Positions 18,089 to 26,723 of a stretch of 64,000 nt of DNA are shown here, in pieces; within the stretch, counting starts at the first letter, position 1, and each line of letters begins with the position of its first letter. The stretch lies in the sequence record OZ035799.1, one strand, 5' to 3'. This DNA is from Justusliebigvirus alia. The position numbers and the translations under genes were made by a program. Under the pieces are notes generated by a model. The model ran no database searches and was not told the origin of the DNA. It was given only the letters and a program-made list of their open reading frames with translations.

Positions 18089-18235
18089 ATGAAACAATAT
18101 GTAATGAGTATTCACACCAAAAACGGCGCTACTGTTACGACTCCGGCACGGTTTGCACTTGTAAACCGTTGCAAGAGACTAAAACGAGAGCTAAAAAATA
18201 ACCGTGCAACCGGTTTTAAACGCTGGGGAGGATAA
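18089..18235 (+). CDS. hypothetical small basic protein
   Basis: 48 aa (MKQYVMSIHTKNGATVTTPARFALVNRCKRLKRELKNNRATGFKRWGG); not in track. Confidence 0.35.
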   Translation: MKQYVMSIHTKNGATVTTPARFALVNRCKRLKRELKNNRATGFKRWGG

Positions 18236-18237
18236 TC

Positions 18238-18498
18238 TTGTTTTTTCTAAAAGTTTTTGATAATGTGATCGCTTTTGAACATGCTACGACGTTCGACCTG
18301 GCGAGATACGCTATCAGGTTTAAAGATAATGTTTATCCCCGTGCTGGCGGCGGTTACACTATTTTTAATCATCGTAATGCGCAACTAACAGATATAACGA
18401 ATCCAGATCCTGGAGTGTATCGCATAGGCTGGCTACCGTCAAAAGACGCTGCAAGCATGTTTAAGGTATGTAAACTACTAACAGAAGAGGCGAACTAA
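18238..18498 (+). CDS. hypothetical protein (TTG start)
   Basis: Track ORF begins at TTG 18238 preceded by GGGGAGGA SD. Confidence 0.4.
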   Translation: MFFLKVFDNVIAFEHATTFDLARYAIRFKDNVYPRAGGGYTIFNHRNAQLTDITNPDPGVYRIGWLPSKDAASMFKVCKLLTEEAN

Positions 18499-18499
18499 C

Positions 18500-19054
18500 A
18501 TGGGGCGTGAATATGTGATCCAGTCCTGGGTAAAGCATGATGCTAATGATCCGCGCATAATACCAGATGACATGATCGATCACATGGTAGGGTATAGCGG
18601 GGAGCAGATAGGAAATCGAGCGGCAAAGAGCAACGGCAACACCAGGACGCGATCCGTTCGCCCTGGATGGCTGGCGAATGGTAACGCTGACATTGCAAGC
18701 GCCGCAGATCCAAGCGATGACGCTAAAAATAATCCCTTATACAGCATTGATCCGGCTTTTAAGGTGTTGGAAGAGTATCCCGCTAAATTAGCCGCACTAG
18801 ATAAGGCATACGAAGAAAAGCGCATGGCATGGACTGTATACAACACCGCTAAAATGGTGCTAGATGCAAAATTGATTAAAGCCCAGGAGAAGATCAATAA
18901 ACTTGTTGCAGTAGCGCAAGAGGAAGACCAGGGCGACCAGGAGGAAGAGGAAGAAATCATGCCTACCCTGGAAGAGGAAGAGATCCAGCCATACATGCCG
19001 ACGGAAGAGGAAAAAAGACAAGCCTTAAAAAATTATGAAAATTGCATTGTGTAA
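18500..19054 (+). CDS. hypothetical protein with acidic C-terminal tail
   Basis: 184 aa; C-terminus EEDQGDQEEEEEIMPTLEEEEIQPYMPTEEE. Confidence 0.5.
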   Translation: MGREYVIQSWVKHDANDPRIIPDDMIDHMVGYSGEQIGNRAAKSNGNTRTRSVRPGWLANGNADIASAADPSDDAKNNPLYSIDPAFKVLEEYPAKLAALDKAYEEKRMAWTVYNTAKMVLDAKLIKAQEKINKLVAVAQEEDQGDQEEEEEIMPTLEEEEIQPYMPTEEEKRQALKNYENCIV

Positions 19055-19133
19055 GGCTTGACATATGCAAACAAGCCCCGTAATATATACCACATAGAGC
19101 GGGGCAACGCCTCAAAGGTGAAATAAAAATCAC

Positions 19134-19161
19134 TTGACACCTGAAATCAGTAAGCTATAAT
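19134..19161 (+). promoter_or_regulatory. sigma70-type promoter (consensus -35/-10)
   Basis: TTGACA (19134-19139), 16-nt spacer, TATAAT (19156-19161); drives ORF at 19199. Confidence 0.5.
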
Positions 19162-19198
19162 GCTTATATAGATTGAAACATTACTAAGGAATAAAAGC

Positions 19199-19378
19199 AT
19201 GGCTATTATTGCAAAGACTGAGATCGTAGGTTTAGATTCTATCATCCTGGCATATGAGGAAGCTATAGAAATGTATGTGGTTTCCTATGGTGATTATATC
19301 CGTGAATATAAATTTATTGATCTAGCTTTTGAATGTTATATTCACCAGGTCAATAAAGCCTATGATGATTATCGTTAA
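19199..19378 (+). CDS. hypothetical small protein
   Basis: 59 aa (MAIIAKTEIVGLDSIILAYEEAIEMYVVSYGDYIREYKFIDLAFECYIHQVNKAYDDYR); AAGGAATAA SD. Confidence 0.4.
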   Translation: MAIIAKTEIVGLDSIILAYEEAIEMYVVSYGDYIREYKFIDLAFECYIHQVNKAYDDYR

Positions 19379-19473
19379 AAGTTTTAGTCTTGTGCTATTG
19401 ACAACGAACGATAGTACAAGCATAATAACTTTTATCGGGAATACTCCTAACTAATCAAAAGAGATTAAAGACT

Positions 19474-19839
19474 ATGGCTAAAAATATCAATGTTTCTGCT
19501 TATGCTACCCTGGCTAACACTGCTAAAATTGAACTATCCAGCATTGAAGCGGTACATATTAGCGCCCGTCGCTGGTTTCAAAAGTCTTATGGTAATACTT
19601 ATTTCTCTTTGATGGTTGACGTTGAGATCGGCGGTAAACTGATTGAAGTCGTTAACGTTCCGTTTCATTATGGTTATGGTGATCATTTTGATACCGTTGC
19701 CCTGGAAGAGTTTAGCAAGGTTATCAACCTGGAAGGTAAAGACTTTTCAAATTATGCTTACCTTTCCCGTTTTTGCCGTGACAATGGGATCGCTGTATAC
19801 AGTCATGCAAGCGATGTTAAACGTAAAAAAGATTTATAA
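19474..19839 (+). CDS. hypothetical protein
   Basis: 121 aa ORF. Confidence 0.5.
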   Translation: MAKNINVSAYATLANTAKIELSSIEAVHISARRWFQKSYGNTYFSLMVDVEIGGKLIEVVNVPFHYGYGDHFDTVALEEFSKVINLEGKDFSNYAYLSRFCRDNGIAVYSHASDVKRKKDL

Positions 19840-19849
19840 AAAGCATTGA

Positions 19850-19904
19850 CAGCACGAATAAAAAGCATATAATACTTATATCGAGAGCGGGAATAGTTCC
19901 CGCC
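19850..19904 (+). promoter_or_regulatory. promoter + 5' GC hairpin cassette
   Basis: TTGACA-16-TATAAT then hairpin AGCGGGAATAGTTCCCGCC (19886-19904). Confidence 0.5.
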
Positions 19905-19927
19905 TCACTGAAAAAGAGATTAACATC

Positions 19928-20167
19928 ATGGCTAAATCTAAAATGTACAACGGTCACAAAAACAAAACTCATTGGAATGTAAGCCTTTGGATTAATAACG
20001 ATGAATCGTTATACTTATACGCTGTAGGTTTAATAAATGAGTGTGGTAATAAAGATAAAGCGGCGGATCTAATGTGCTACAGATTAAAACAGGACGGAAT
20101 CACTCATACACCTGATGGTTTCAAGTATAGTAAAACTGCAATCCGTGCCGCTATGGTTGGAATGTAA
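19928..20167 (+). CDS. hypothetical protein
   Basis: 79 aa ORF behind cassette. Confidence 0.5.
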   Translation: MAKSKMYNGHKNKTHWNVSLWINNDESLYLYAVGLINECGNKDKAADLMCYRLKQDGITHTPDGFKYSKTAIRAAMVGM

Positions 20168-20180
20168 AGGAGACATAAAA

Positions 20181-20261
20181 ATGAAACATCGTTCGACCTA
20201 TCTCACAAAACGTTTTAGCTTAGATCATAAATTGGGCTATTACGGAAGAAATAGAAAATAA
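20181..20261 (+). CDS. hypothetical very small protein
   Basis: 26 aa ORF with strong AAAGGAGA SD; speculative. Confidence 0.25.
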   Translation: MKHRSTYLTKRFSLDHKLGYYGRNRK

Positions 20262-20262
20262 T

Positions 20263-20322
20263 TTGACACTGTTTAAAATTCTGGTATAGTTTATCACATA
20301 GGGCGGGAAATGGTTTCCCGCC
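20263..20322 (+). promoter_or_regulatory. promoter + 5' GC hairpin cassette
   Basis: TTGACA (20263-20268), TATAGT (20285-20290), hairpin GGGCGGGAAATGGTTTCCCGCC (20301-20322). Confidence 0.5.
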
Positions 20323-20344
20323 AAATCAAAGAAAGGTTATCATT

Positions 20345-20572
20345 ATGGCTATCGTTATTGTTCGCGTATCCGGTACGGTTGGAATCTCTCAGGTAGTAGC
20401 AGTTATCACAGAGAAGAAAGGGGATGATCTTCACTCCTCCTTGAATAGCTGGGCGGTCGCTAACTTTGGGCAATGGTCGAGCGTTGAGTACATCGAAGCC
20501 TACCAGGTGCCAACGATTAGCCTAACCGATCTGAATGTTGATCGCTTGTTGTGCCTGGATCAATTAAATTAA
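20345..20572 (+). CDS. hypothetical protein
   Basis: 75 aa ORF behind cassette. Confidence 0.5.
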   Translation: MAIVIVRVSGTVGISQVVAVITEKKGDDLHSSLNSWAVANFGQWSSVEYIEAYQVPTISLTDLNVDRLLCLDQLN

Positions 20573-20580
20573 AAATAATA

Positions 20581-20638
20581 TTGACAAGATAACTAAAATC
20601 AGTAAAATGTAATGCATAGGGCGGCAATAGTGCCGCTC
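20581..20638 (+). promoter_or_regulatory. promoter + 5' GC hairpin cassette
   Basis: TTGACA (20581-20586), hairpin GGGCGGCAATAGTGCCGCTC (20619-20638). Confidence 0.5.
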
Positions 20639-20659
20639 CTAGTGAGAGAGATTATCAAA

Positions 20660-20875
20660 ATGACTAATATCCGCACCTTGTTAAAAAATGCAAAGCAAGT
20701 TTTATTTTCAGATGACGAATATTTTAATAAAGATATTACAGGCGTGAAAAATTTAAAAGACGTGAAGGATGTTATCGGTATCCGTGGATCTTTACGTAAA
20801 GGTGACATATACGGTAACAAGGTGCAATATAAACTGTCAAAAGATTATGATTTTACTTTGACATTTATTTCATAA
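20660..20875 (+). CDS. hypothetical protein
   Basis: Start at MTNIRTLLKNAKQ (ATG 20660) after hairpin; the longer track ORF would begin inside the hairpin. Confidence 0.5.
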   Translation: MTNIRTLLKNAKQVLFSDDEYFNKDITGVKNLKDVKDVIGIRGSLRKGDIYGNKVQYKLSKDYDFTLTFIS

Positions 20876-20920
20876 AACCGCTTGCAATACTGCAAAAATA
20901 AAGTAAACTGTACTCATCAA

Positions 20921-20942
20921 GGCGGTGGAATAGCCCACCGCC
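20921..20942 (+). promoter_or_regulatory. 5' GC hairpin (variant)
   Basis: GGCGGTGGAATAGCCCACCGCC; compensatory stem changes relative to other copies. Confidence 0.45.
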
Positions 20943-20965
20943 TAACAAAGAGAAGAGGAAACATC

Positions 20966-21136
20966 ATGATCACTTTCGCTACCCGTGAAGCCGCTCGCAA
21001 CGTTGCACGTAAAGTTAACGCCGCCAACCTGGGCGCTACGCTTAAAGCCCCGGTAAAAGATGAATCAGGTAAATGGATCTTCCCTGGTCTGCGTCACGCT
21101 GATAAGCTGGGAACGTTAACGCTAAAAAATAAATAA
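20966..21136 (+). CDS. hypothetical protein
   Basis: 56 aa (MITFATREAARNVARKVNAANLG...), GAGGAAACATC-ATG. Confidence 0.45.
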   Translation: MITFATREAARNVARKVNAANLGATLKAPVKDESGKWIFPGLRHADKLGTLTLKNK

Positions 21137-21181
21137 AATCCGCTTGACAGTAGCATCATTTATAAGTAAAGTAACAACAAC

Positions 21182-21202
21182 GGCGGGAAATGGTTTCCCG
21201 CC
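21182..21202 (+). promoter_or_regulatory. 5' GC hairpin
   Basis: GGCGGGAAATGGTTTCCCGCC after TTGACA at about 21143. Confidence 0.5.
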
Positions 21203-21222
21203 ATCAATAAAGAGATAAGATC

Positions 21223-21582
21223 ATGAAATCAGTAAAAGCAATTAAAACTTACATTGTGTCGGCTATTTCTTTTGATGGTACTACAACCGAAAAAGAAAAG
21301 ATCACCGAACTGATGCGCCGTTTTAACTCTGAATACTGGTATCCCGATAATCAAAAACGTTACAATTATAACGTGATCAAGGCGATAGCCTCATGGTTAC
21401 AAGGTTTACCGTCAGAAATCAATATTGCTTTTGATTATAACGAGATCGATCACTTGTTAATTGAATGGAAGTACATAAAAGAAACAAGCAAAGAAACAAC
21501 CGTTACCCGTGAGCGGGAAAATTATTGGTTATATATTGCAAGCATGATCGTAATCCTGGCAAAACAGCATAACGTGGCGTAA
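21223..21582 (+). CDS. hypothetical protein
   Basis: 119 aa ORF. Confidence 0.5.
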   Translation: MKSVKAIKTYIVSAISFDGTTTEKEKITELMRRFNSEYWYPDNQKRYNYNVIKAIASWLQGLPSEINIAFDYNEIDHLLIEWKYIKETSKETTVTRERENYWLYIASMIVILAKQHNVA

Positions 21583-21597
21583 TTAAGAGGAAGAAAC

Positions 21598-21735
21598 ATG
21601 AACGCATCACAGCAGATCGAAAAATTCAACCGCAGCAAGGCGCGTAAAGATTGGAACGAAGAGATCACCAAAAAAGGCGACAAGCGGAACAAAACAAAGA
21701 GAGATCGCAGCACAAAAAGATACTGGAACGAATAA
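21598..21735 (+). CDS. hypothetical small basic protein
   Basis: 45 aa, Lys/Arg-rich; AAGAGGAAGAAAC SD; not in track. Confidence 0.4.
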   Translation: MNASQQIEKFNRSKARKDWNEEITKKGDKRNKTKRDRSTKRYWNE

Positions 21736-21740
21736 CAAAA

Positions 21741-21766
21741 AAGGGCGCAATAAGCGCCCTTTTAGC
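21741..21766 (+). terminator. rho-independent terminator
   Basis: GGGCGCAATAAGCGCCC hairpin + TTTTAG; same hairpin family at 25952 and 27124. Confidence 0.6.
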
Positions 21767-21853
21767 TTATATAGAGGCTTGTTACCCATAGGCAATGGTA
21801 ATGCCAGGATAAGCCTATAAACCACGTTAGACAGCTTTACAGGAGCTTTAAAA

Positions 21854-22036
21854 ATGAAATTAGAAGAAATAAGCAAGGCACTAGCCCAGGGGCAAAGGTT
21901 AAACGCCCGTTATCGTGATCAATATGGCTTCATAACCAGCGGCGTGATCCTGGGGATTGAAGGCAATAAGATTTTTATTGACACGTTGAAAAACGTTGTA
22001 TATAGTGACAATATAATCTCAATAAAACATATATGA
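21854..22036 (+). CDS. hypothetical protein
   Basis: 60 aa ORF. Confidence 0.4.
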   Translation: MKLEEISKALAQGQRLNARYRDQYGFITSGVILGIEGNKIFIDTLKNVVYSDNIISIKHI

Positions 22037-22044
22037 GGCAAGAA

Positions 22045-22446
22045 ATGAAAAAATTATTGATCGCTGGTTTAATCTCTTTTGGCATGGTTGGAACATCTAG
22101 CGCGGCGATATCCTCCACAGTAGCAGAATTAAGCGCCGTTGATGCAATGGAAAACGTCATGCTTATTAATAATGCGATCCCCGATGAAATCATGGAGGAT
22201 TCACACATGATCGCTTATGGTGCTGTTACACAACTAACGGCAAAAATAGATAAATCTATTGTTAATGGCTTAAATGAAGATGTACCATGTGAAATTATTA
22301 CCAGTGTGCTCACTACTCAAAATTTTACGCCGTGGTTAAAAAGTATTCAAAAAGTACACAGTACAGCCGCAGATCGTAGCAATGAAAAACTAGTGTCAGC
22401 ACTTGCAACGTATACCCTAGCAAAATGTACCGAGATAAAAGATTGA
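22045..22446 (+). CDS. putative secreted/periplasmic protein
   Basis: N-terminal MKKLLIAGLISFGMVGTSSAA signal-peptide-like segment. Confidence 0.5.
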   Translation: MKKLLIAGLISFGMVGTSSAAISSTVAELSAVDAMENVMLINNAIPDEIMEDSHMIAYGAVTQLTAKIDKSIVNGLNEDVPCEIITSVLTTQNFTPWLKSIQKVHSTAADRSNEKLVSALATYTLAKCTEIKD

Positions 22447-22493
22447 CAATATAGAAAGCACGTTATAAGATACACACAACAAAGGAGAACTAC

Positions 22494-22796
22494 ATGAACG
22501 GCATAGCTAAAACGTTTTTTCTTTTTTCTGGTGTAAATGATCCATCAATAAAAGTCGATAGTGTAAAAGAAAACAATACTATCACAGCTAAATTGTCTCA
22601 AGATGAAACAAATAACGTGCTAATCATTAATCTTAAAGAAATAACAAAAGGTTATTACACTATTGCTTACCATGCGATCTATAATGCTGGTACTAGTGAG
22701 GAAGTGCAAACAAGCAACAACGAAAGCGCGGCGCTACCTGGTGATCTGGTGCTGGGCGTTATCAGTTTAATTGTCAATGATTTTTTTAAGGAGTAA
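22494..22796 (+). CDS. hypothetical protein
   Basis: 100 aa ORF; TTGACA promoter-like sequence at 22443. Confidence 0.45.
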   Translation: MNGIAKTFFLFSGVNDPSIKVDSVKENNTITAKLSQDETNNVLIINLKEITKGYYTIAYHAIYNAGTSEEVQTSNNESAALPGDLVLGVISLIVNDFFKE

Positions 22797-22800
22797 AACC

Positions 22801-22896
22801 ATGCCCTATTTACATTTATTTTTCGGTATCTTATTGACAGGATCTTTTTTCTTCTGTATGCTTGTTTCTATTGTAAACCACGTTTTAAGACATTAA
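22801..22896 (+). CDS. hypothetical small membrane peptide
   Basis: 31 aa (MPYLHLFFGILLTGSFFFCMLVSIVNHVLRH); not in track. Confidence 0.3.
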   Translation: MPYLHLFFGILLTGSFFFCMLVSIVNHVLRH

Positions 22897-22905
22897 GGAA
22901 ACAGC

Positions 22906-23025
22906 ATGAAAATTATTCCCGTACAGTATAGCGTAATAAATCCAGCATATGAGGAAGGAAGGAAAACAAGCATGGCTTTATGTTGTATTGCTACTATAGC
23001 CATGTTATTATATATTGTGTTTTAA
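22906..23025 (+). CDS. hypothetical small membrane peptide
   Basis: 39 aa with C-terminal hydrophobic stretch ALCCIATIAMLLYIVF. Confidence 0.3.
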   Translation: MKIIPVQYSVINPAYEEGRKTSMALCCIATIAMLLYIVF

Positions 23026-23119
23026 TAGGTTTTATAGTTGTACGCTTTAAAGGCTTGACAATTTTTTGTTATGCTTTAAAATATATCTTGAAAACGGCAA
23101 AGGCCGCAAACAAAAGGGT

Positions 23120-23449
23120 AAAATTATGAAATCTGTGATCGGTGTTTATTTGGATAACTCTGATTTTTTCTATCATCGTGCGCGTTTCCTTGATGCGATT
23201 GAAATGATAGAATCAGGCTTTAAAGAGTATCGCCTTGCACATGATGACCTGGAAGCATTACAGGGCAATAGTGTTTTTACATTGCAAGCTAAAGCACTAT
23301 GCAAAAGCCGGATCGACATTGCAAGCAAAAAGATAGAACGCGGCATGTCCTGGTTGCGCACCGCAGAAATCAACATGGGGCAATGGTACGGCGAAAACTT
23401 AGAAAATAAACACACTTTTGTAAATGTAGAAAATATTAAAGATTATTGA
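23120..23449 (+). CDS. hypothetical protein
   Basis: Start at MKSVIGVYLD with AAAGGGTAAAA SD. Confidence 0.5.
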   Translation, partial: KIMKSVIGVYLDNSDFFYHRARFLDAIEMIESGFKEYRLAHDDLEALQGNSVFTLQAKALCKSRIDIASKKIERGMSWLRTAEINMGQWYGENLENKHTFVNVENIKDY

Positions 23450-23450
23450 T

Positions 23451-23502
23451 TGACAGCACACCTGATAAGTAATATATTGTATCTCATAGAGCGGGGAAAT
23501 GG
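23451..23502 (+). promoter_or_regulatory. promoter + 5' GC hairpin cassette
   Basis: TTGACA (23451), TATATT, hairpin GCGGGGAAATGGTTTCCCCGC (23481-23501). Confidence 0.5.
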
Positions 23503-23531
23503 TTTCCCCGCCTTAACAGAAGAGATAAGAT

Positions 23532-23816
23532 ATGAAGATCACAAAAGCACTTTCCAACTATGCAGCACGTCGCGGCTTATGCTTAACCGTTGAAAACTTA
23601 GGGAAAGAAGATTTTTTGTGCTTTTGGGAGCTTGAGAATGATAATGAGTGGATCTTCTCTTATTCTATCTGCAAAGATCAAAATGGTTGCTTGTTAACAT
23701 GGCGAGGTAATATCTATTTACCGGAAGAAATAAAACAAGAATTACCAGGCACGATCATGACTGAGAAACAGCTTAAGGAAGTGATCAATTTTGTAGGGCA
23801 AAACATTAAAAAATAA
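23532..23816 (+). CDS. hypothetical protein
   Basis: 94 aa ORF behind cassette. Confidence 0.5.
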   Translation: MKITKALSNYAARRGLCLTVENLGKEDFLCFWELENDNEWIFSYSICKDQNGCLLTWRGNIYLPEEIKQELPGTIMTEKQLKEVINFVGQNIKK

Positions 23817-23817
23817 T

Positions 23818-23877
23818 TTGACAGTAGGCAAACAACGTAGTAAAGTTTATCACATAGGGCGGGAAATGGTTTCCCGC
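23818..23877 (+). promoter_or_regulatory. promoter + 5' GC hairpin cassette
   Basis: TTGACA (23818), hairpin GGGCGGGAAATGGTTTCCCGC (23857-23877). Confidence 0.5.
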
Positions 23878-23900
23878 TCACAACAAAAGAGAAACAAATC

Positions 23901-24071
23901 ATGATCCCGACTATGTTTTACGTATCGCGCAAAGGTCACAATATTTTTTGGTCTGAAGATTTAAATGAAGCCATGACGTTTGCCCGTGATCGTGTTGCTA
24001 TCGGTGGCGTTAATATTACCGTAACCGATGAAAACGGCATTGAATACTACAACGGCGACGATGAAGAGTAA
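23901..24071 (+). CDS. hypothetical protein
   Basis: 56 aa (MIPTMFYVSRKGHNIFWSEDLNEAMTF...); not in track. Confidence 0.4.
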   Translation: MIPTMFYVSRKGHNIFWSEDLNEAMTFARDRVAIGGVNITVTDENGIEYYNGDDEE

Positions 24072-24078
24072 TTAATAA

Positions 24079-24100
24079 GGCGGGGGGAGTATTCCCCGCC
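24079..24100 (+). promoter_or_regulatory. 5' GC hairpin without upstream -35 box
   Basis: GGCGGGGGGAGTATTCCCCGCC starts 8 nt after the preceding stop codon; no TTGACA upstream. Confidence 0.45.
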
Positions 24101-24119
24101 ATCAATAAAGAGATAAATC

Positions 24120-24389
24120 ATGAAAATATCATTGGACGTTGCAATCAAGGCCATCGAATCCGGTTACACCCTGGTAAAAGATGATAAGGCTAAAATAGTG
24201 CATCATGTTAACAAGGAAACAGGCGAAAGCATGATCACATATAAAGCCGCCTACTTTCTCCAATCAGTAGCAGATCCGCGCGTACAGCGCCAGGTCACGG
24301 CGGCTATTGCTAAAAAATTATGTGCTTTACAGGGCACAAGTTTTAACGAGATCCCGCCGTGTTTTGACTGGTCGAGCTTGAAAAAATAG
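24120..24389 (+). CDS. hypothetical protein
   Basis: 89 aa ORF. Confidence 0.5.
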   Translation: MKISLDVAIKAIESGYTLVKDDKAKIVHHVNKETGESMITYKAAYFLQSVADPRVQRQVTAAIAKKLCALQGTSFNEIPPCFDWSSLKK

Positions 24390-24391
24390 TT

Positions 24392-24448
24392 TGACAAAAA
24401 TTATAAATCGGGTAGAATGTATTTCGTAGGGCGGCAATAGTGCCGCTC
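24392..24448 (+). promoter_or_regulatory. promoter + 5' GC hairpin cassette
   Basis: TTGACA (24392), hairpin GGGCGGCAATAGTGCCGCTC (24429-24448). Confidence 0.5.
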
Positions 24449-24469
24449 GCAACTAAAAGAGAAATCATC

Positions 24470-24664
24470 ATGGCGCTTAAAAAACTAACAAGCAATACTC
24501 GTTGGGATGAAATCGACGGGGAAGTATACATTTTCGCCCGTAAACCAGGTGATCAAAAATGGTCAAAGGCTTTTACTTGTCACCCTGCAACAATAGATCT
24601 AATAAAAAGTAAAGGTTTACGTGAAGCAGTAGCGAGAAGTTTACTGATTCCTTGTAAAAAATAG
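24470..24664 (+). CDS. hypothetical protein
   Basis: Start at MALKKLTSNTRW (ATG 24470) after hairpin. Confidence 0.45.
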   Translation: MALKKLTSNTRWDEIDGEVYIFARKPGDQKWSKAFTCHPATIDLIKSKGLREAVARSLLIPCKK

Positions 24665-24727
24665 TTTGACAATATGCGGTTATCTGGTAAAGTGTACCAC
24701 GTAGGGCGGGGCAATAAGGCAACGCCC
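24665..24727 (+). promoter_or_regulatory. promoter + 5' GC hairpin cassette (variant)
   Basis: TTGACA (24665), hairpin GGGCGGGGCAATAAGGCAACGCCC (24704-24727). Confidence 0.45.
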
Positions 24728-24745
24728 ACTAATGAGGGTAAAATC

Positions 24746-24850
24746 ATGTTAGAGAAAATTTTCACGGTTGTAATAGTGGGCCTGGCGTTATCGGTTGGAG
24801 TGATTGCAACTATGGCTAACATGATCCTATCTTCCCACGGTATTGGATAA
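24746..24850 (+). CDS. hypothetical small membrane peptide
   Basis: 34 aa (MLEKIFTVVIVGLALSVGVIATMANMILSSHGIG); not in track. Confidence 0.3.
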   Translation: MLEKIFTVVIVGLALSVGVIATMANMILSSHGIG

Positions 24851-24860
24851 GGTGAATCAA

Positions 24861-25076
24861 ATGATCACGAATAAGACAGGTAAAACGGAATTTTTACGCG
24901 GCTTGCAAATAGGTAAACCTGAGATCTGGCATTGCACTAAAAGACCACGTGACGAAATGAAAGATTTCACCGCTACTTTACAACGTGTTAAAATATCTAT
25001 CACACAGAAAAAAGCCTTGTTAGTAGTAGAAAACGAGATCCCGCAAACCATTATTATTGTCGAGCGTACAGCATGA
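24861..25076 (+). CDS. hypothetical protein
   Basis: First ATG (MITNKTGKTE) of a track ORF whose listed start is TTG. Confidence 0.45.
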   Translation: MITNKTGKTEFLRGLQIGKPEIWHCTKRPRDEMKDFTATLQRVKISITQKKALLVVENEIPQTIIIVERTA

Positions 25077-25459
25077 AAACTGAAATCATTAACGAAATGA
25101 TCAACGGCTATAAAGAAGCCTTTATTTTTGCCGAACCAGCGACGGATCACAATGGGGAATATATTGAGAATCTAGACGATTATGATTTTTCTCCTAGCGC
25201 CCTGAAACGTATTACCAGCGATGTGACCGCCTTTTGTAGTGCCAATGTTGCCGCTATCTCTGAGGCAATGAGCGACGGCGCAACAGCAAACCAGATCGGG
25301 AATGACTTACATTTCACCCGTAACGGTCACGGCGTAGGCTTTTGGGATCGCCCTGAAATATACACTACTAACACCGCCAACCGCCTAACAAATGCAGCTA
25401 AATTAATGCCATCGGTGCATGCTTACATTGGTGAAGATAATTTGATTTATATTGAATAA
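25073..25459 (+). CDS. hypothetical protein
   Basis: 128 aa ORF, ATGA overlap with previous gene. Confidence 0.5.
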   Translation: MKTEIINEMINGYKEAFIFAEPATDHNGEYIENLDDYDFSPSALKRITSDVTAFCSANVAAISEAMSDGATANQIGNDLHFTRNGHGVGFWDRPEIYTTNTANRLTNAAKLMPSVHAYIGEDNLIYIE

Positions 25460-25465
25460 AAGTAT

Positions 25466-25523
25466 TGACACCGATCCCCAGTATGGTATTATTTACCACG
25501 TAGGCGGGAAATGGTTTCCCGCC
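25466..25523 (+). promoter_or_regulatory. promoter + 5' GC hairpin cassette
   Basis: TTGACA (25466), hairpin GGCGGGAAATGGTTTCCCGCC (25503-25523). Confidence 0.5.
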
Positions 25524-25546
25524 AGGTAATCAAAAAGGTAAATACT

Positions 25547-25936
25547 ATGCGCAACCTGGTTTCTGTTTCTAACGTTGAAAAATTCCAATCTTTACAGGGT
25601 ATCGTTAACAACGTAGCGCCTTTTTTAGTCAATGGCTTGATTGCAAAGATGAAGAATAAACATCATGCCGCATGGTCTGCTTACTGCTTTGACAATGATG
25701 AAAAAGCGGCTGAAATGATGTTAAATATGCTGTTAGACAGTGTAGAATCATCTTTACCGGAAAACATCGCAGAAGAGATCACCTATCGTTATAATATGGC
25801 GATCACTTACCAGGAGGTTGCGCAATTTAATATGATGGATGATGACGAACAACAGGATCAGGAAATTTTCTGGGAGTATGCTGATCGCCAATCGGCTTTT
25901 GATGAAAAATTAGCGATGTATTATAATGAATATTAA
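25547..25936 (+). CDS. hypothetical protein
   Basis: Start at MRNLVSVSNV with AAAAAGG SD; track ORF begins inside hairpin. Confidence 0.5.
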   Translation: MRNLVSVSNVEKFQSLQGIVNNVAPFLVNGLIAKMKNKHHAAWSAYCFDNDEKAAEMMLNMLLDSVESSLPENIAEEITYRYNMAITYQEVAQFNMMDDDEQQDQEIFWEYADRQSAFDEKLAMYYNEY

Positions 25937-25951
25937 TACACGGTAAAAGAA

Positions 25952-25977
25952 AGGGGCGCACTAAGCGCCCTTTTTTG
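25952..25977 (+). terminator. rho-independent terminator
   Basis: GGGGCGCACTAAGCGCCC hairpin + TTTTTTG. Confidence 0.65.
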
Positions 25978-26399
25978 TATTCTTTTTTCACAATGGAAGC
26001 GACACGTAAAGAATAGGCGTAAAGGTGGCGTAAAACCATCTAAAACCGACTGTAACCGCTTAAACAAGGTAGGAATGATTAATCACCTTACCAGGATGAA
26101 AAAGCCGTTATAAAGCTATCTAGAGCGTTTAAAGCACATAGGAAATAATTTGCTTTTTATCTTGCCTTTTATTCTGCTTTTGATTATTATTATGGAACGG
26201 GCGGCACCTGGGGACAGGGGGAAGATAATCACCGGACGACCCCGCTATATATTGATAGCTAACATCTATCAAACAACAAAACATCAAAGAAATAAACTAT
26301 CAAATCTTTACAATCTCATCTATTGACCGATAAATCATAGCAGTTTAATATTGTTTTTAGAGGGTAGAACATACCCAAAACGAAAACAGGAAAAAGAAA

Positions 26400-26636
26400 A
26401 TGAAAGAAGTCATGATCCTCAAAAAATCACCTATTTTACGTGGTGGCTTTATCGCTTACTCTGATGATCTGTTAATTGCAACGGTTGCAAAAATACTAAA
26501 ATCAGAAGAGGATAGTAAAAACGGCGTTTATCGTATCTGTTTCACCCGTGGGAAATTGCAAGGCAAGATCGCCTATGCTTTTGATTTACAAGATGTAAAT
26601 GATAAAATCTGCGCTGTTATTGATTATGCAAAATAA
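26400..26636 (+). CDS. hypothetical protein
   Basis: 78 aa ORF preceded by TTGACC-17-TAATAT promoter-like sequence. Confidence 0.5.
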   Translation: MKEVMILKKSPILRGGFIAYSDDLLIATVAKILKSEEDSKNGVYRICFTRGKLQGKIAYAFDLQDVNDKICAVIDYAK

Positions 26637-26723
26637 TTAACTTTCTTATTGACACCGGATCACGCTTACATTATTATTTATCACGTAGGGCAAATCATTT
26701 TAAACGGTAAACGAGGAAACACC

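Noticed and set aside
18580-18996. 138-aa Ser-rich antisense ORF opposite ORF 18500..19054
   Set aside because: Antisense to a gene that fits the plus-strand array; Ser/Ala-rich translation is what the reverse complement of an acidic coding region produces.
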